From the NCBI GenBank assembly GCA_051362555.1, contig CM120649.1:12834001-12898000 (forward strand): a DNA stretch of 64,000 nt, in the 5' to 3' direction. Position 1 is the stretch's first letter. The number at the start of each line of letters is the position of its first letter. The notes under the pieces are model-generated. The model saw nothing but the letters and a program-made list of their open reading frames with translations. It was not told the DNA's origin and did not search any database. The position numbers were made by a program, and so were the translations under genes. Positions 36,096 to 50,600 of the stretch are shown here, piece by piece. The DNA is from Lingula anatina (lineage: Eukaryota; Animalia; Brachiopoda).

Positions 36096-39065
36096 ACTTG
36101 ATACAGATTAAGTTAGATTAAATTTCTAATTATTTGAAAGTTTTAGTTTAAGAAAATATTCCTTAAAAAGAATCTAATACTTTATTTATTCTTCTTCATT
36201 TCTGCTACTTGGGGTGTACATGTACATTGGAGAGAGAGAGAGAGAGGTGGACAATTTCAAATTAAATAAAAATAAATTTAACGAATATAATTTGAAAGAT
36301 ATTTATTACCTATGACCATACACAGGTATGATGTGATATGAATGTAAGGAAAGCTTAGGCCCCTTAAACATTTACAAGGAGAATTATTTCAGTGTTCTAG
36401 AAATCTACATAAAACATCAATCTGTACATTGTGACATATACTTGATGCAAACACGAATCGAATCTTGATCAATTTATGTTTTCAAATGCCTCCGTAATAA
36501 ACATTTTTAAAAATATTTTTGACACCTGTTTAATTCCTGACAACAGTTTCTTAATAAGGTAAATATTTAAATTGTAATTTTGATATTTACACAAGTTTTT
36601 TTTTAATTATTCAAAACATTGCTTATTATGGCTGCTGTGACAAATATTGTGTTGTATCATATATAATCCACTTGTCCTTTTATCTTAAATCAATAAACAA
36701 CCTTCGTATCAGTAATACCAATAAATCAAAAGACTGTAACACTGTGACCTGATTGGACTTAACATGCCGATGATATTGGGATAAAACTGGAGGCTCAAGT
36801 GGAACGCTTTTCCATATATTCTGGGTACAAGTTCACTTAACTGAAGTTGCTTTTTATCTTTCCATTACAAGAAGCCATGCTTCTTCTGAACAGAGAATTA
36901 TTCTGACCATTCTTGGCTACGTATTGAAAATCCAGCAAGACATGAACTAATTGCACATTGCATTGTTATTTGCAAAAATAAATACACACACAAAAAGAAA
37001 TAATCTACAAAGAAGATCACAACCAGCATGCAAGGAACAGTTATATACTAGAGATTTTAAAACATTACACAAGCTTGTTAAAGAAATGTCTTTCCAAGTT
37101 CCCCAAACTTCTATAAGCTTGCCTAAGCATGCTTTGAGCAAACAGTATTTTTCAGTCATATACCAGGGGAAGCTGACAAAAGTAATCAGTATAGGAATTT
37201 TTAATAAATAAGTATGAAAATTATTGGGGTGCTTTGTTCAATAATAGACATAACAAAGATGGCAAAATCATACAGTGACTCATAATGTCTGCAATTATTG
37301 TCACAACAGTAAGTTCATTCATGGCCATTCCCAGTCACTGTCTAAATTAATACAAAGCAATGAATATTGACTACATGCAAATTTCATACACATAATTCGA
37401 TATTTGCAAACATTTCTTTAAGCATAAATGCCATGTATAATTTACCACAGCTAGAAAATATGATAAAATTTGCATAATATTTCTTAGTTGGCTTTCAAAA
37501 TCAAACAGCTGATGTTGCAAACTATCTTTGTTCATCTACCAAATTCATCACATAAAAGAGTTAAGTAATTGTCCTTTTAATGAGAGCGAAGTTAGCAAAT
37601 TCCCGCAAAACAATGCTTTGTTTCTAATTGAGGATCCAGACCCTTATAAAAGGTAACCAACTTTTACTCTGAAAAGTTCATTTTTAGGAGTGACTGTGAA
37701 TAATCACGTAAATATGAGATATAAGAAAAAGCAACAGTAACTGTTTTGAAGATTTCACGTAATTTCTGTACCACAAGATTTTTCATCTGAATTTCATTCC
37801 ATGCCATATTGATACAATTTGGCCCATCATTTCAAATCCAACTAATTGTCCCTTTATATTAGTATATGTCAATGTCACAATTATACACATGAAATATATG
37901 AGAGAATTCACATTATAAATGGCAAAACTGTCACAAATGTTCCCATTTAACATTTCTCATTTTGCCAATCACTTGCTATTCAAGCATGAAGGAAGCCTGC
38001 TTCCTTTTAAATAGGTCCTAATCTCCTCAATATTTTGGCACTACCCTTCTCAAAACTTATCATAAATTTACCAGAAAAGATTTGGCAATAGAAAAGACTT
38101 ATTCACTTCTACTTTTGTTGGAGTTTTGTTGGAAAAATAGTGCCAGCCACAGGTACATTCTTAAGCCCCACTAGATGGCAGCACTGCTATTCCAATACAG
38201 CCCAGTCCATAACTACTCCTTGCTGTGTAAAACAATCAAAAACAATCAATGTCACATTCAACCCCAGTATGTTACAAGTGCAACACTATAAGAGTACACA
38301 CAATTATTTTCCACACAACTAAAATAGATTTGGTCTTGTACCTCTGTTTTCTCCAAATATTTTTTTATCTCTGACATTACTGCAAAACCGATCATCATAA
38401 TATGACCATAGTGTCCATCATTTCACTGGTCGAGAGCTGACCCAGTCACATGATCTCAATGGCAAATAAGAGATCCTGCATATAACTCAAGACTTATTCA
38501 AAGTAAGTCCATCCTGAAATATTGAAGTTCACATCAGACTCTTTCATTCATCTTTGGGCCTGTCTAAGAGGAATGAGGGTGAACACTTCATGTCAGACCC
38601 TCAATTTTTTTTATACAAGAGGGTAAAACACCTCTTCTTCTAAGTCACATATGATTTTATACCCCTGGCTTTGTTCTCTGAATTTGATCTTCTGCACCAA
38701 ATATAAGACCAGATTGGATTGGCTGGAATGGCATCCAAGGTGATTGGCGATTTAATTGCCACAATCCAACGAATGTTGCAATTTTTCACATCCCTGAGAA
38801 AATACTTTCTCTTCCAGACGACCAATTTTCTAAACGATCTGCAGAAAGTAAATTTGGCCAACTTGCTTATTGTGTGTACAAATCTGCACCAACAATGCAG
38901 CTACCATCAGCAGCAAATAATTCTTGCAACCTGACTGGGTGCAATTCAGCAGAAAAAAATCTGTGTTGCTTGATTGGTGCAGCTACAGATCAGCAACAAG
39001 TAACACCCACTGCTCTCTCAATGGTCAAGATCATGCCTTCCGTACAAATTTTGCTGTGAAAATCT

Positions 39066-40301
39066 CTACCTTTTCCCTTTTAAGAAAGGAAACCAGTTTC
39101 TCTTTTTGTTGCTCACAGTGTCGTGACTAGAAATCCCTCGTGGCAGTGTGATATGTGACGGCACATTGTTCAAGACTTCTATATGATATGGGTAGGGCAT
39201 GCGAGACACTTTTCTTGAGATTCCCTTTTCTGGAATGAAAAAACAAGTAAACCAAAATTAATTTCTTCACTGAAAATATGGCAACTTTTCAGCATATGTA
39301 CAAAGTTGTATACGTGCAGTATAGATTAACATTTTTATTATTCGAATTTTCAATCATTCATTTCTAATAACAACATGTTATTTCATATTACAAAAACTGT
39401 ATAATTTAGAAGAGATTAAAGCTCATTTCATCATATCTCCACACAGAAGGGACACACACACATATATAGGGAAGTAATGAAAGATACCAAGATGAATGGA
39501 AGTACAGTATGTCTAAAAAATCACCTAATGGTTTCTCTGGATAAGACCTCTTTGAATGCTGCTTGGAATGGTGCTTGGAGTTGATGGCAGCTTTCTTCAT
39601 CCTCTCAGGCACCACAAAATTATTTTCTTGATCCTCCTGGACCCTGCGTCTCTCCTCCCTGAATGCCTGTAACCAGCGATCTCTATCCTCAGGCGTCTTG
39701 CTGCAGATGAGGTACCATTTGTCGATGGAGGCGTCGTGAAGTTTTAGAGCATTTTTTACACTGGCGTTGAACTGTGAGTCTGAACAGAAAAAAAAACAAG
39801 GCATCATTGTAGTGAATATTGAAATTTCATTCAAACTATAGGATCAGTAGTTTTTGAAGCACACCTGACAGTGCACAGAAAAATTCCATTCTCCACCAAT
39901 CCTTGAAAAAAAAAAAAATAGTAGAATCTTACAACTTGATTTACTTCAACAAACTTAAACCATATTAAGAGGTGAAAAAATAATTTCTGACAGTCTTGAA
40001 TCATTCAAACATAAACAATCTCATATTTTCATCCTTGTGGCAACAACAGCTTCTATCAAACGACCAACGGTTACATACGTACCTTTGCCATCCTCAATTT
40101 GAATGACGTTACAATGGTCCATGTCTATTCTTCCACGGAAACTGTAACTGTCTCTCTTCAACATGTCCTAAAATGTAAATAAGCACAGTGAATTTTGATG
40201 GCTAGACAGCAAAGCTGACAAATATGCAGACACCAAAGAGGAAGGAAAATTTAATTCTGATAAAAACAGTATAACAATTTCACATGATATTAAATCATAT
40301 A

Positions 40302-40339
<38 letters not shown>

Positions 40340-40907
40340 ATAGGCATATCAGTTGATGTGCCAGTTACAGATATGCCCATCTTGTTGAATATTGGGTTGG
40401 TATGCCGTGAACATGGGGTATCATCTACTGTGCAAGCTAAAGAAAAAATTCTCTTTCTCTCTCTCTCTCTCACACACACACACACTTCTGCTTACCTTTT
40501 TGCAGTAAATGAGTAAATGGTCAAATAAGAACAGCGTCCTGTCTTGTGTCCAGCCTGTAGAGTTCACCTTACACACCTCAGCTGAGTAGATCAGCTCTGA
40601 GCTGGTCTCCAGTAAATGAGGGCCCTGGAACAACAAGTATTTACTGTTAATAGGTAATGGCCTTTTTTTTTCAAAAAATTAATAATCAATCAGAATCAAT
40701 AATAAAAAACCTAATGTTTTTAAAACTGAAATCTAAACTTTACTATATTAGATAAATTTACTGCTTTATAGGAAAAATAATTTTGAATGTCACATACAAT
40801 AAACAATATACTAAAACAGCTTTCTTACAATAAACAATATATTCAATGCAATTTTTAACAATCTTTGCTAGTAATTTAGGTCAAATTATAGCAGCTTAAA
40901 TTGGGCC

Positions 40908-40939
<32 letters not shown>

Positions 40940-42400
40940 ACACATTCTCTCTCTCTTTCTCTCACCCAAGGCTGCTACTCCTTGTGGAATTACTTCCAAA
41001 CCTAAATACACAAGCACACTAAACAACCCACCTCCCAGTCTTCAACAGACCGCTGCCATGCCGCTATCTTCTCCACGCTCTCCATTTTTCTCTTCCGCTC
41101 GTTAATCAGCACAGCGATCTTCCTCATTGTCTCCAAGGCCTCTTGGACTGTGTCATAATCCCTGTGCTCCGGCCGCGTGTACTTTAACAGCTCGGCTAAC
41201 TGAAGTGGGTACTTGCATATCTTCTGGACTGGCGTCAGGAGGAAACCCTCGAGCGGAATCTGTATCATGTCTTGGAGGAGCCGACACGCCTGAAATAATG
41301 TGAAATAAAACCCTTTTACCAAAATGTAAGGTGGGACGACATGAATTTGGAGTTACTCGACTTGTTGAGCAAGGCAGCGGGAGCACCCATATCATAGAAG
41401 TGTGCGAGAAACAGGACACTTTCTAGACAGATCTGGCAAAATCAACAGTGATCAAAGTGCCACCTGGACACACACCTCCATGAAATAAAGAACACATTAC
41501 ATTCTTTTTTTTTTTATGCAGGGGCAGACAGAAGCCGTCTTCCGATCTTCTGGAAAACGGTCACAATTTTTCAAGTTTACATTGTTGGGGATCTCATTTT
41601 TTTTCTTTCGAAAGCTTAAGACAGTCAAAAACCTAATTATCATTATAGTTAGAAATTCAGGTGGAGTAACTGCCAGCCAGGAAAGAAACTCACCTCAAAG
41701 AAATGTTTATATTTCTTATTTTTCTGCACCTCTTTCAGTTCCTCGCAGGCTGCAGGGTGATTGTTACAGTAATCGGAGTAGATTTCAAACCCTTTGCTCT
41801 GTAGGTAAAAAAAGATAAATAAAATATACAATAATAGACAAAATTAGAATGAGAAATAATTTACTGGTATACGTACCGACATAATTGACCAAGTAAAAAA
41901 AAAAAAAAAAATTTTATGTCAATTGAAAGTGAATCTAAAACTAATACACCTTAACTTTTTTACATCTGCTAGTAACCTAAAGTTAACCATGTGTTTTTAT
42001 TTATCAGCATGAATTTGCTTAATTTAACCATAAAATAATTTGATACAAAATCAATAGCACAATTTTCGGATATTAAAACATGCAAGCAAGTGTTCATTTT
42101 AATTACACATTATACATACATGGTTTATAAAACACTGGCCAATTTCACTCAGGTGGGGCATTGTTTCATTGTAACACGTCTCCAGCTCTTCCAAGAATTC
42201 ACTGGTAAACTCGTAAATCTCCTCCATGTTGCTGAAGATCAAACGGATTCTCTCCTCTGAGAACATCTCTGGCCGTTTTCTGGCTTGTTTGACATACCCC
42301 TGCAGAGGGAAGAATTAAAAGTTAGAGAACTTGCTTTTACACTACAAAGAGAGGTACCATCCAGCAATATTTTAACTTAAATTTTAGGCCTTACAGCACA

Positions 42401-42443
<43 letters not shown>

Positions 42444-45400
42444 ATTTTTAAAAAGCCATACCTCTATCACATCTTCGAGATGTTTCACATACTCCCTCTC
42501 TGCACTGAGTATCTCATTCACAACGTTGGTCCTGGCTTGGTCCTTGCTCAGGAAGCTGAAACTGCAGTGCCGCCTGGTGGTACGCGTGTCCAGGTTTCCG
42601 TCCTTCATCTTTTCTACATATTCTTCTGCTGTGTCTTCCTGGTTGGCTCGAAGCTGGAATAAAATGGAAAAAAAAAAATGCTGGCTTAAGAAAATGGGTT
42701 TTATTGATCCTAGATACTCTACTGATTAAATGATACTAGGGATAGGAACATTTATTTTAGGACTCTCATCAGCTTCAGGTGGCACTCTTTTCTTGATAAG
42801 TCAGACAAGAGATCTTTACACATTTTGAGTACAGTAACACTGCAATATAGAATAATTAAATAATCATACTGCATATTCTCTCTCTTTCTTTACTTGTTCA
42901 CTGGCTACACGAGTCCGCAATTACAAGGCATATGGGGAAACGGACTACTTCCTGTAGCTTTAATAAAGTTTGAGTTAAAACAGTGCTGAATGCAGCCAAT
43001 GTCTTTTTACCCATACAGAAATTACACAGTGGATGACCACAAACAAATGGTCTTCTTACTGGAGTTAGCCATAATTAAGTTTTAGATAAAATGATGTCGA
43101 ATGCAACCAGTGTCCTTACCCGTACAAATGCTGCGGGAAACCATCCCTCGCGCTCACCGATGATACCCCACCACCAGTCCTTGTCAGACATGTCCGTCAC
43201 CTCGATGACATCACCCGCCTGGAAGCGTAATTCCTCCTCATCCATGGTGACGTGGTCCCATAATGCCTCAGCATAAATGGGGGACTCATCTTCAAAAATC
43301 TGAAAATGAGAGATTAGAATATTTCACTTCAGTTGCACACAAAACCCCAGTTACCTTATATTTTTTTTCAATTTTGAATTTGATAATATATGTCGATCAA
43401 ACTTATCAAAAATCTGTGTAGATGTAGCAAATTTCAATAACTTCCAACACCATGTCTTTACCTGAACCTCAAACACAGCATTTCTTTTATTGCTTTCCTG
43501 TCGAACCATTGTCATTAGACCACTATCTCCTTTCTCTCTCTGTAGAGTTCAATCTGAACAGCACAGCTTATATACTGCCAACAAAATGCCTACGTCAGAA
43601 GTGACTATCACACAGCCCAGAATACAATGGGGATTGTTTTCATTGAATAATTCGAGTCGAACACTCCTTTATATAAACACCATCTCTCCTTAATACAAGA
43701 ACGGAGATATTTCTTACCAGACAAATCATGAGGTGCTATTTTTGGAATTCTGGGAACGTTCACTCTGGACAAGATAAGCAATCAATACAAACACCATGAG
43801 CCCAAATATCTGATTGCATTTAATTACATTGAATGCTCAGCATGTCACCTATGCAATTAATAAATTTATCGCAATCACATTTCCCTGATGGGCTTAAAGA
43901 AGGAGCTTGGTCATATGGACCATGAAAAAAGTTTACATTTTCCAAATGAAAAGTTAAAATTTCCACTATGAACCTGTCAGGTATTTTTGAGGCCATGAAA
44001 TACTATAATCAATTTAATATAATGGAAATAAGAATCAAGAGATCAATCATTCTCACTATAAATACATAACAGTATGTGTAACAGGGTTGTCACTTCCGTA
44101 TGACCTCACTCTTTGTGTGAACAATCCTTGCTATAGGAGCAGACTGATCTTCCTGTTCGGATATTGAGGTGTAAAACTATCAGAAACCACAAGTATTATT
44201 AGAACTGCTGTTATCTCTTGGGCTCACATTCCACTACTGAGACTTCTGAGTAAATAAGGACAGAGGCAATGGGATATCATATCACAAAAATACCATAGTG
44301 TGTGTGTGTGCACACGCATTTGTGGGTGTAAACGTGCTGAGCCCCAACCTTCAGCTGTCAAAAGTACGAGGGGAAGGGTGTGTGCGCGTGTATGCATGCA
44401 CGCAAAAAAATCAACTCGTACTGCCCAGTATAGCAATAATGTGTGAGAAAATGTCTCATATACTTTGGTACAAAGGTTCAGATTGCCAAAATACATTCAG
44501 TTAGGAGTATGATACACATGTGCTCCCTATACCAATACACAATTACTTTGAAAAAAAAAATCCTTTTGTTTTCTGGGAGCACCTGACACACAGGGCACCT
44601 ATACCAACAAAACTTAACATGCCAAGTTAATACAACATATTCTGTTGTCACCACAGTATCATGCTAAATTGTTATATCTTTTAGTTTTTCTGGAGGGTGG
44701 ATCATGTCAACATTATCCCCATCTTTTCTTAGGATCTAAATGACCGACCAATCTCATTTTCTATGATCACAGTTTCCGATACCTTAACCACAATCCAAGG
44801 ACAGTTTGAAGAAAAAACAGTCATTTGTGTCTTATATGTATTTTAGTTTCCAATACTATGACCACAATTCCAAGGACAGTTTGAAGAAAAAAAAAATCAG
44901 TCATTTGTGTCTTATATGTATTTTAGTTTCCGATACTATGACCACAATTCCAAGGACAGTTTGAAGAAAAAAAAATCAGTCATTCGTGTCTTATATGTAT
45001 TTTAGCTTCCGGTACCATGACCATAATCCAAGGACAGTTTGTAGAAATAAAAAAGTCATTCATGTCTTATATGTGTTTTATGACAGAATTCACTCCATCA
45101 TTACCAACCGGATATGATGCGGTGCCTTCAGGATGTAAAAAAAAAAAATAAACCTATTTCCTTCTTGTTAACCTGGATGTTATATATTCCAGTCACTCAA
45201 AAAATATATTTCTCCATAACTGACCAGTGGACAATGGACGTTAGTATGACAAAAGGTAGTTTAGGAATGTCTGTCCTTCTATTGTGACTGGCCTGGAAGA
45301 TTTTTCCTAACTTTCCCTGGAGCATGCTTTGACCACAGTCATTTACAAATAACTGTTGACCACTGCCACCTGAGCTGAAATATTTTTTTTTTTAAAAAAT

Positions 45401-47601
45401 CAATTTGACCCCCCTCCCACCCCACCAATTTCAATTATTTTTCAGCCAACAGGATACAGCCCTTGCTCTGCAGTTTTCCCTGGCATACAACATAATTTTC
45501 ACTTTCTAAACAAGGAAACAATTCCATATTCGTGAAAAGTTGTATAATCCAACAGCCTGAGGAACCAAATGGCATTTAACTTCATCAGTTTCAAAATATT
45601 TCCACGTACAAACAATGTGAACATTTCTACAGTTGCCCAGGTGATAAAATTTAACTGCAGGCTCATTCTTTGAACAGCTTGGAATTGATGCCAAGATTCC
45701 TAGGGTATGAATTTTTCAAATTAGCCCTCCACACCAGGTAGAATAACTTACCCATGCAAGTTATAATTGAACATTAAAAAAATTTTTATGGATTATCTCA
45801 ATTTTTTTCTTATATCATTCAATTTCCACTCATAAAGAATTTTTCACATTGAATTTTAATTTAAGATATATTTCTTAATATTTTCTAGTTTTTTGGTCTT
45901 AACTAATTTGTAATTTAATAAAATAAATATTTTTATTACTGTTGTGTCATTAGATCCCGATCAGACACCCCTCTCTTCCATGATAGGGCGTGCAAAGCTA
46001 GGCTGACCCATTTTGACTGGAAACAGGATAACAGAGACACAAATACTCACCTCCTCCATAGTATGGAGAGCAGGATGCGTAGAATGATCACTGGAACTCC
46101 GCCCACGGAAACTGGTATGAAGTTCGTCATCTGAGGACGAGTCTGTGTCGGAGTCATTGGAGGAATTACTGTATGTAGAGGTACGGCTGAGCGCCAACGC
46201 AATTTCTCCAGCCTCAGTAGAAATGGCCATACCTAGATATGGATAATATAGATATCAATCTTAAAATCTCTACATTTGTTTTGCTATCATTTATATCATC
46301 ATTTGAAACAAAGAACTGGTCAATAACTTTGTTCAATATTTTCTTGCTTTCATCTTTTTAAGGCAAAGCCAAATTTGAAGGGTCTAGCCTGGTAACTTTC
46401 ACTTAAGCATCATTTGTGGAATATTACGAAAATCTGCTCTCAAAACATTCTATCTTAATAATATCGCTCATAACTTAACCACCTTCCCTCTTCTACATAA
46501 TAATTTCCATAGTCTTACACCAACAGAAACAAAGCAAAAAGGTTTAACAAGGAAACTTAGGCATAAAATGATAAATAATCTAAATAAATAAATTCACCCT
46601 GAGCGAAGATGGCTTTTCTTCTCTTCCCGGCGTGGTGTATGGTTTCTGGGTTGCTGAGAGATCTCACCAACTGCGGTCTCTTGTTGTGTCGAGACTTGGG
46701 CGGACTTCGCTCCACACGGTTCTTTATGGGGTGTGGGGTAGACATCTGAGACAAAAAAGAAGTATAAACTGAGACAGGGTGCTCTGTAAGCTAGATCTCT
46801 CTTTTTCGTTTTTTCGTTTTTTCTCTCTGCTCATGTGTGTGCAAGAAGTGTGTGCACTGTAACAGTGCACTTTTCTTTACGCAACAAAGTTAAAAGTTGC
46901 CGTTCAAAATCATTGTACGATTCCTTTGGGCAGTATGCATATTAATATGGAATTCTTGTAAAGAAAACTTGGACAGATGCTAAAATAGTCAACAGAGAAA
47001 ATCAATCAAACAATCAATTAATTATATTACAGCCAGTCACCCCCCCCCCCAAAAAAAAAAAAAAAAAAAAAAAACCAACTGCTCTAACACCAAGCACAGT
47101 AAATGACCACCTAAAGGAAACATCCAGGCACTCTCCATGCCAGAAAAGAAATAAAAAGCCGATTACATAATCTCAAGTTGCCAGGTCCTTTTTCGCCTTG
47201 GAGGTAACAAAACATTCACGCTGTTTGCATATCCACAAGAAGCAAGACGGCTGATAAGGGTTACGTAAATAATTGGCCTTGACATTGTGGTCAAAATCTG
47301 AATAGCAGACGAGGAACTTTTTACACTCATCTGCATGGACTTATGCTAGTGTTTTTGGATAGAAATTTGCTTACGAAATCCACACCAAAATTTTTGTCTT
47401 CTTCAGATCACAGTTAACCTTTCACCTTTATGTAGTCCACTAAAAATGAAGCACCTAATGATCTTTCCAGTTTACAAAACAGACGTATTATCTCATTTAA
47501 AACACACTGCTGATTTATATAGGCAAGTCTGACAGTTAATGCCAACTTTTTGTCTGCTGTTCTGTCATGAAGGGGCGGCGGTCGTGGTGGTGGTGGTGGT
47601 G

Positions 47602-47632
<31 letters not shown>

Positions 47633-50600
47633 GGGGGGGGGGGGGTAGCTTACCCTTCTTGACTTGAGTCCTGGCCTAACCATCTCTTGCATACTCTTCT
47701 TTTTGTCTGAGGTAGTGAACAGGGGAGGTGTGCGCATGCCTTCTTCAAACACATCCTCCGCCTTCTCTCCGCCATATAATTTCATGGCCTGTGATACCAG
47801 TGAAATGCCCCCTAGAAATATACAAAAATAAATAAATAAATCAGAAATTAAAAACTTAGGTGAAATAATTATTTTTCTGTCAAAATTATTAAAAGGTTAT
47901 TGCCAGCCGTGAGAGCTTACTTTAGACCCACCTCCAACCTATTGTGGTATATGATTACATTTCTTCAGTGAGATACTCGTTTCATAATAGAAATTTTCTC
48001 TCTTCTGATTCCCACAAAATGCCACAAAAAAAAAAAAAAAACAGCATGAAATTTTTCTTGGCTGATTCTTCTCCAAATAAATTATAGCATCAGGCACTAT
48101 TCATATTTAATAACATTGTAAGTGCCCCCCCCCCACCCCCCCCCACACACACACACATAAATCAGTTAAAGTGACACAGATTTACCAAATACATAAATTA
48201 TGACCTCTTGCATATCATGGAAACGATATCACAACGAGATGCAAAACCTTTCAGCATTTCATTTTTTAAAATGGAATTGCCGCAAAGGTTGGAAAAGAAG
48301 TGAGCCATGGCATGGTAATTGCAGGAGGCACATGTACTTTGCCAAATAAAATAAGACTTGGAAGTCAATTATGGCAAAACATCTTAGGCATATATAACTA
48401 CATTATAGTCAGGAAGTACCTGAACACAATTAAGGTAACATAAAGTTGTTATATCTAAGCCAATTTCTGTCAAAAAAAAATAATAATAATAATAATAATA
48501 AATAAAATAATAATAATAAAAAGATTCACCTTTTTATTAGCTAAGAGTCTTGAAAATCATCACAACATTCTCTTTTTCCATGTACTTTTTGCATATTACA
48601 TGCCTTGTATACAAATCTACCTTTCTATCAGACACCCAGGTAAATCATCGTAAACAACTTCTAAAAGCCAAAACTAACAAGGCTACATGTTTCATCAATC
48701 TCAGCCTCACTCTGCCAAACTTCCTTCTGCTCTTCAATTAGTATTTTAAAGAAAAAGTTCAAGGAGAAAGGGATTTTACATCAAAACTCGTTGACAAAAA
48801 TAAGTCTCATTTCAAAAAGCAAAATACTGGAATCTACTGTGACCCAATATAAACTGGTAGTTTAACCATCACTGTGTCAAGTTCATAAAAATAAATAAAG
48901 ACTCAATCAATGTCTTAAACCTACAGTTGTTTACCTGAATTCAGATGACTATTTAAATTTTACAGACTAAGCGTTGGTTAAAGTATATTGAATTTTAAAT
49001 TTTGGTCTTTGTGAAGGTGACGCCAGACCATACTGAATACATTTGTACCAAAAGATTTTTGACATTACTGTATACACAATGAACCAAAACTTTTTGCTAA
49101 TATAAGACCCTGTCCATACCTTAAATAGCAGAGTTTTAAATAATGTACAACAACTGAAAGGGAATGGTCTTGTCATCTTACCACTAACAACTTAACCATT
49201 CTGACATTTTTTTAATCTCTTCAACTTACCTGCTACTATAGTAAACATAACTGGAGTCAGTATATGCCTTTCTTTATGCCGATTTTCTTTAACACTGAGC
49301 ACAAAATACAACAACATCAAGTGACTGAATCCATCCTGCATTTCAACATGCTCTAGGCAGAGCAGACCTACATACAGAAGATTCACTTTCCTCTCTTGTT
49401 ACTACGCACACAGCCTGCTTTTTTTGGCGAAAGGAAACTTGTGTGTTGCCAAGAAAATAAAAGTCAAGAGTGATAGTGCAGATAAGTCAGACCCCGCATG
49501 TGTACATTACTTGTGGGAGATAAATCTTCAGCTTTCTCCTATGTATAAATATTAGATGGCGTCTTAAAATGTAACTGCCTGCTGTAACTGTTATGTTATG
49601 TTTTATGAGACTGTATAAATCTGTGATGATACTTATGATAAATAACATAAATTACTCATTAGAATTAACAGATATAATGTTCTTTTAGTTATAAACAATA
49701 CAATACTTTCTTTTGTAATCTTCACAGCGCTTTAAAGATCCTTTGAATGTAAATCCCATTTAATATTTGATGAAGTTATTATAATCATTATGAACATTAT
49801 TGGTTATTACTTATTACGTCAAAAAACACCTACCCTGACTTCTATGCTGGTGAACCATACAGAAGAATAAGAAGTGGGGAACCACACTTTTGATCATTTT
49901 CATCTTTTTTCCATCTTTTCAGCAGAGAAAACTGCTATATTAGTGCCAAAAATCTCTCTATCAGTTCAAGTCATATTCTAATTTCCTGCTCCCATTTTTC
50001 CCAAATCATTTTTTTTTCTAATATTACATTTCTCTAGCAATGCTAATCAAAGTTACTAGAACATTCCAAAACTTTTCTCTCTATGTTGGTACCTATCTAC
50101 TTAGTAAGAAATTAGCTCATATAATATAAATATCAATTCAACAGGCTCTCTTCAAAACTAGTTTTAAAGTTTGATTGGTTGGCAAGCAAAACCTGATCCA
50201 ACGACCACACTGATTCTCCAACAAAGAGGACCTCATTCTGTGTGGAAAAAGAGAGAGAGAGAGGTCCAACTGTGCCGCAGACATTCAAATTAATGAAAAT
50301 TCAAAGGAATGCCTAATGAGTTGGTCAGAATATGAGCCAGACTAACAATGAAATTTGTCTGAACAATCCCCCTTGTCATGCATACAAAATACAGACTTAA
50401 TTTGCAAGAACTCTTCGTTTTTACTTACTTCCTTTGGTCGCAGCACTTCGACTTTGCACCAGAAAACGTTGTCGCAAAATCTTCATGTCGATGCATGTGC
50501 TGTACGAGAATCTCAGCTCAGTCTTATATAGATTACACATTAAGTCCAAATCAATCCTTAATTTCATATATCCTCAGTCTAGCACTGCATGCTCACGCTA

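Noticed and set aside
36950-39060. Short ORFs downstream of the RhoGEF stop
   Set aside because: No splice or coding signature; probably a long 3' UTR.
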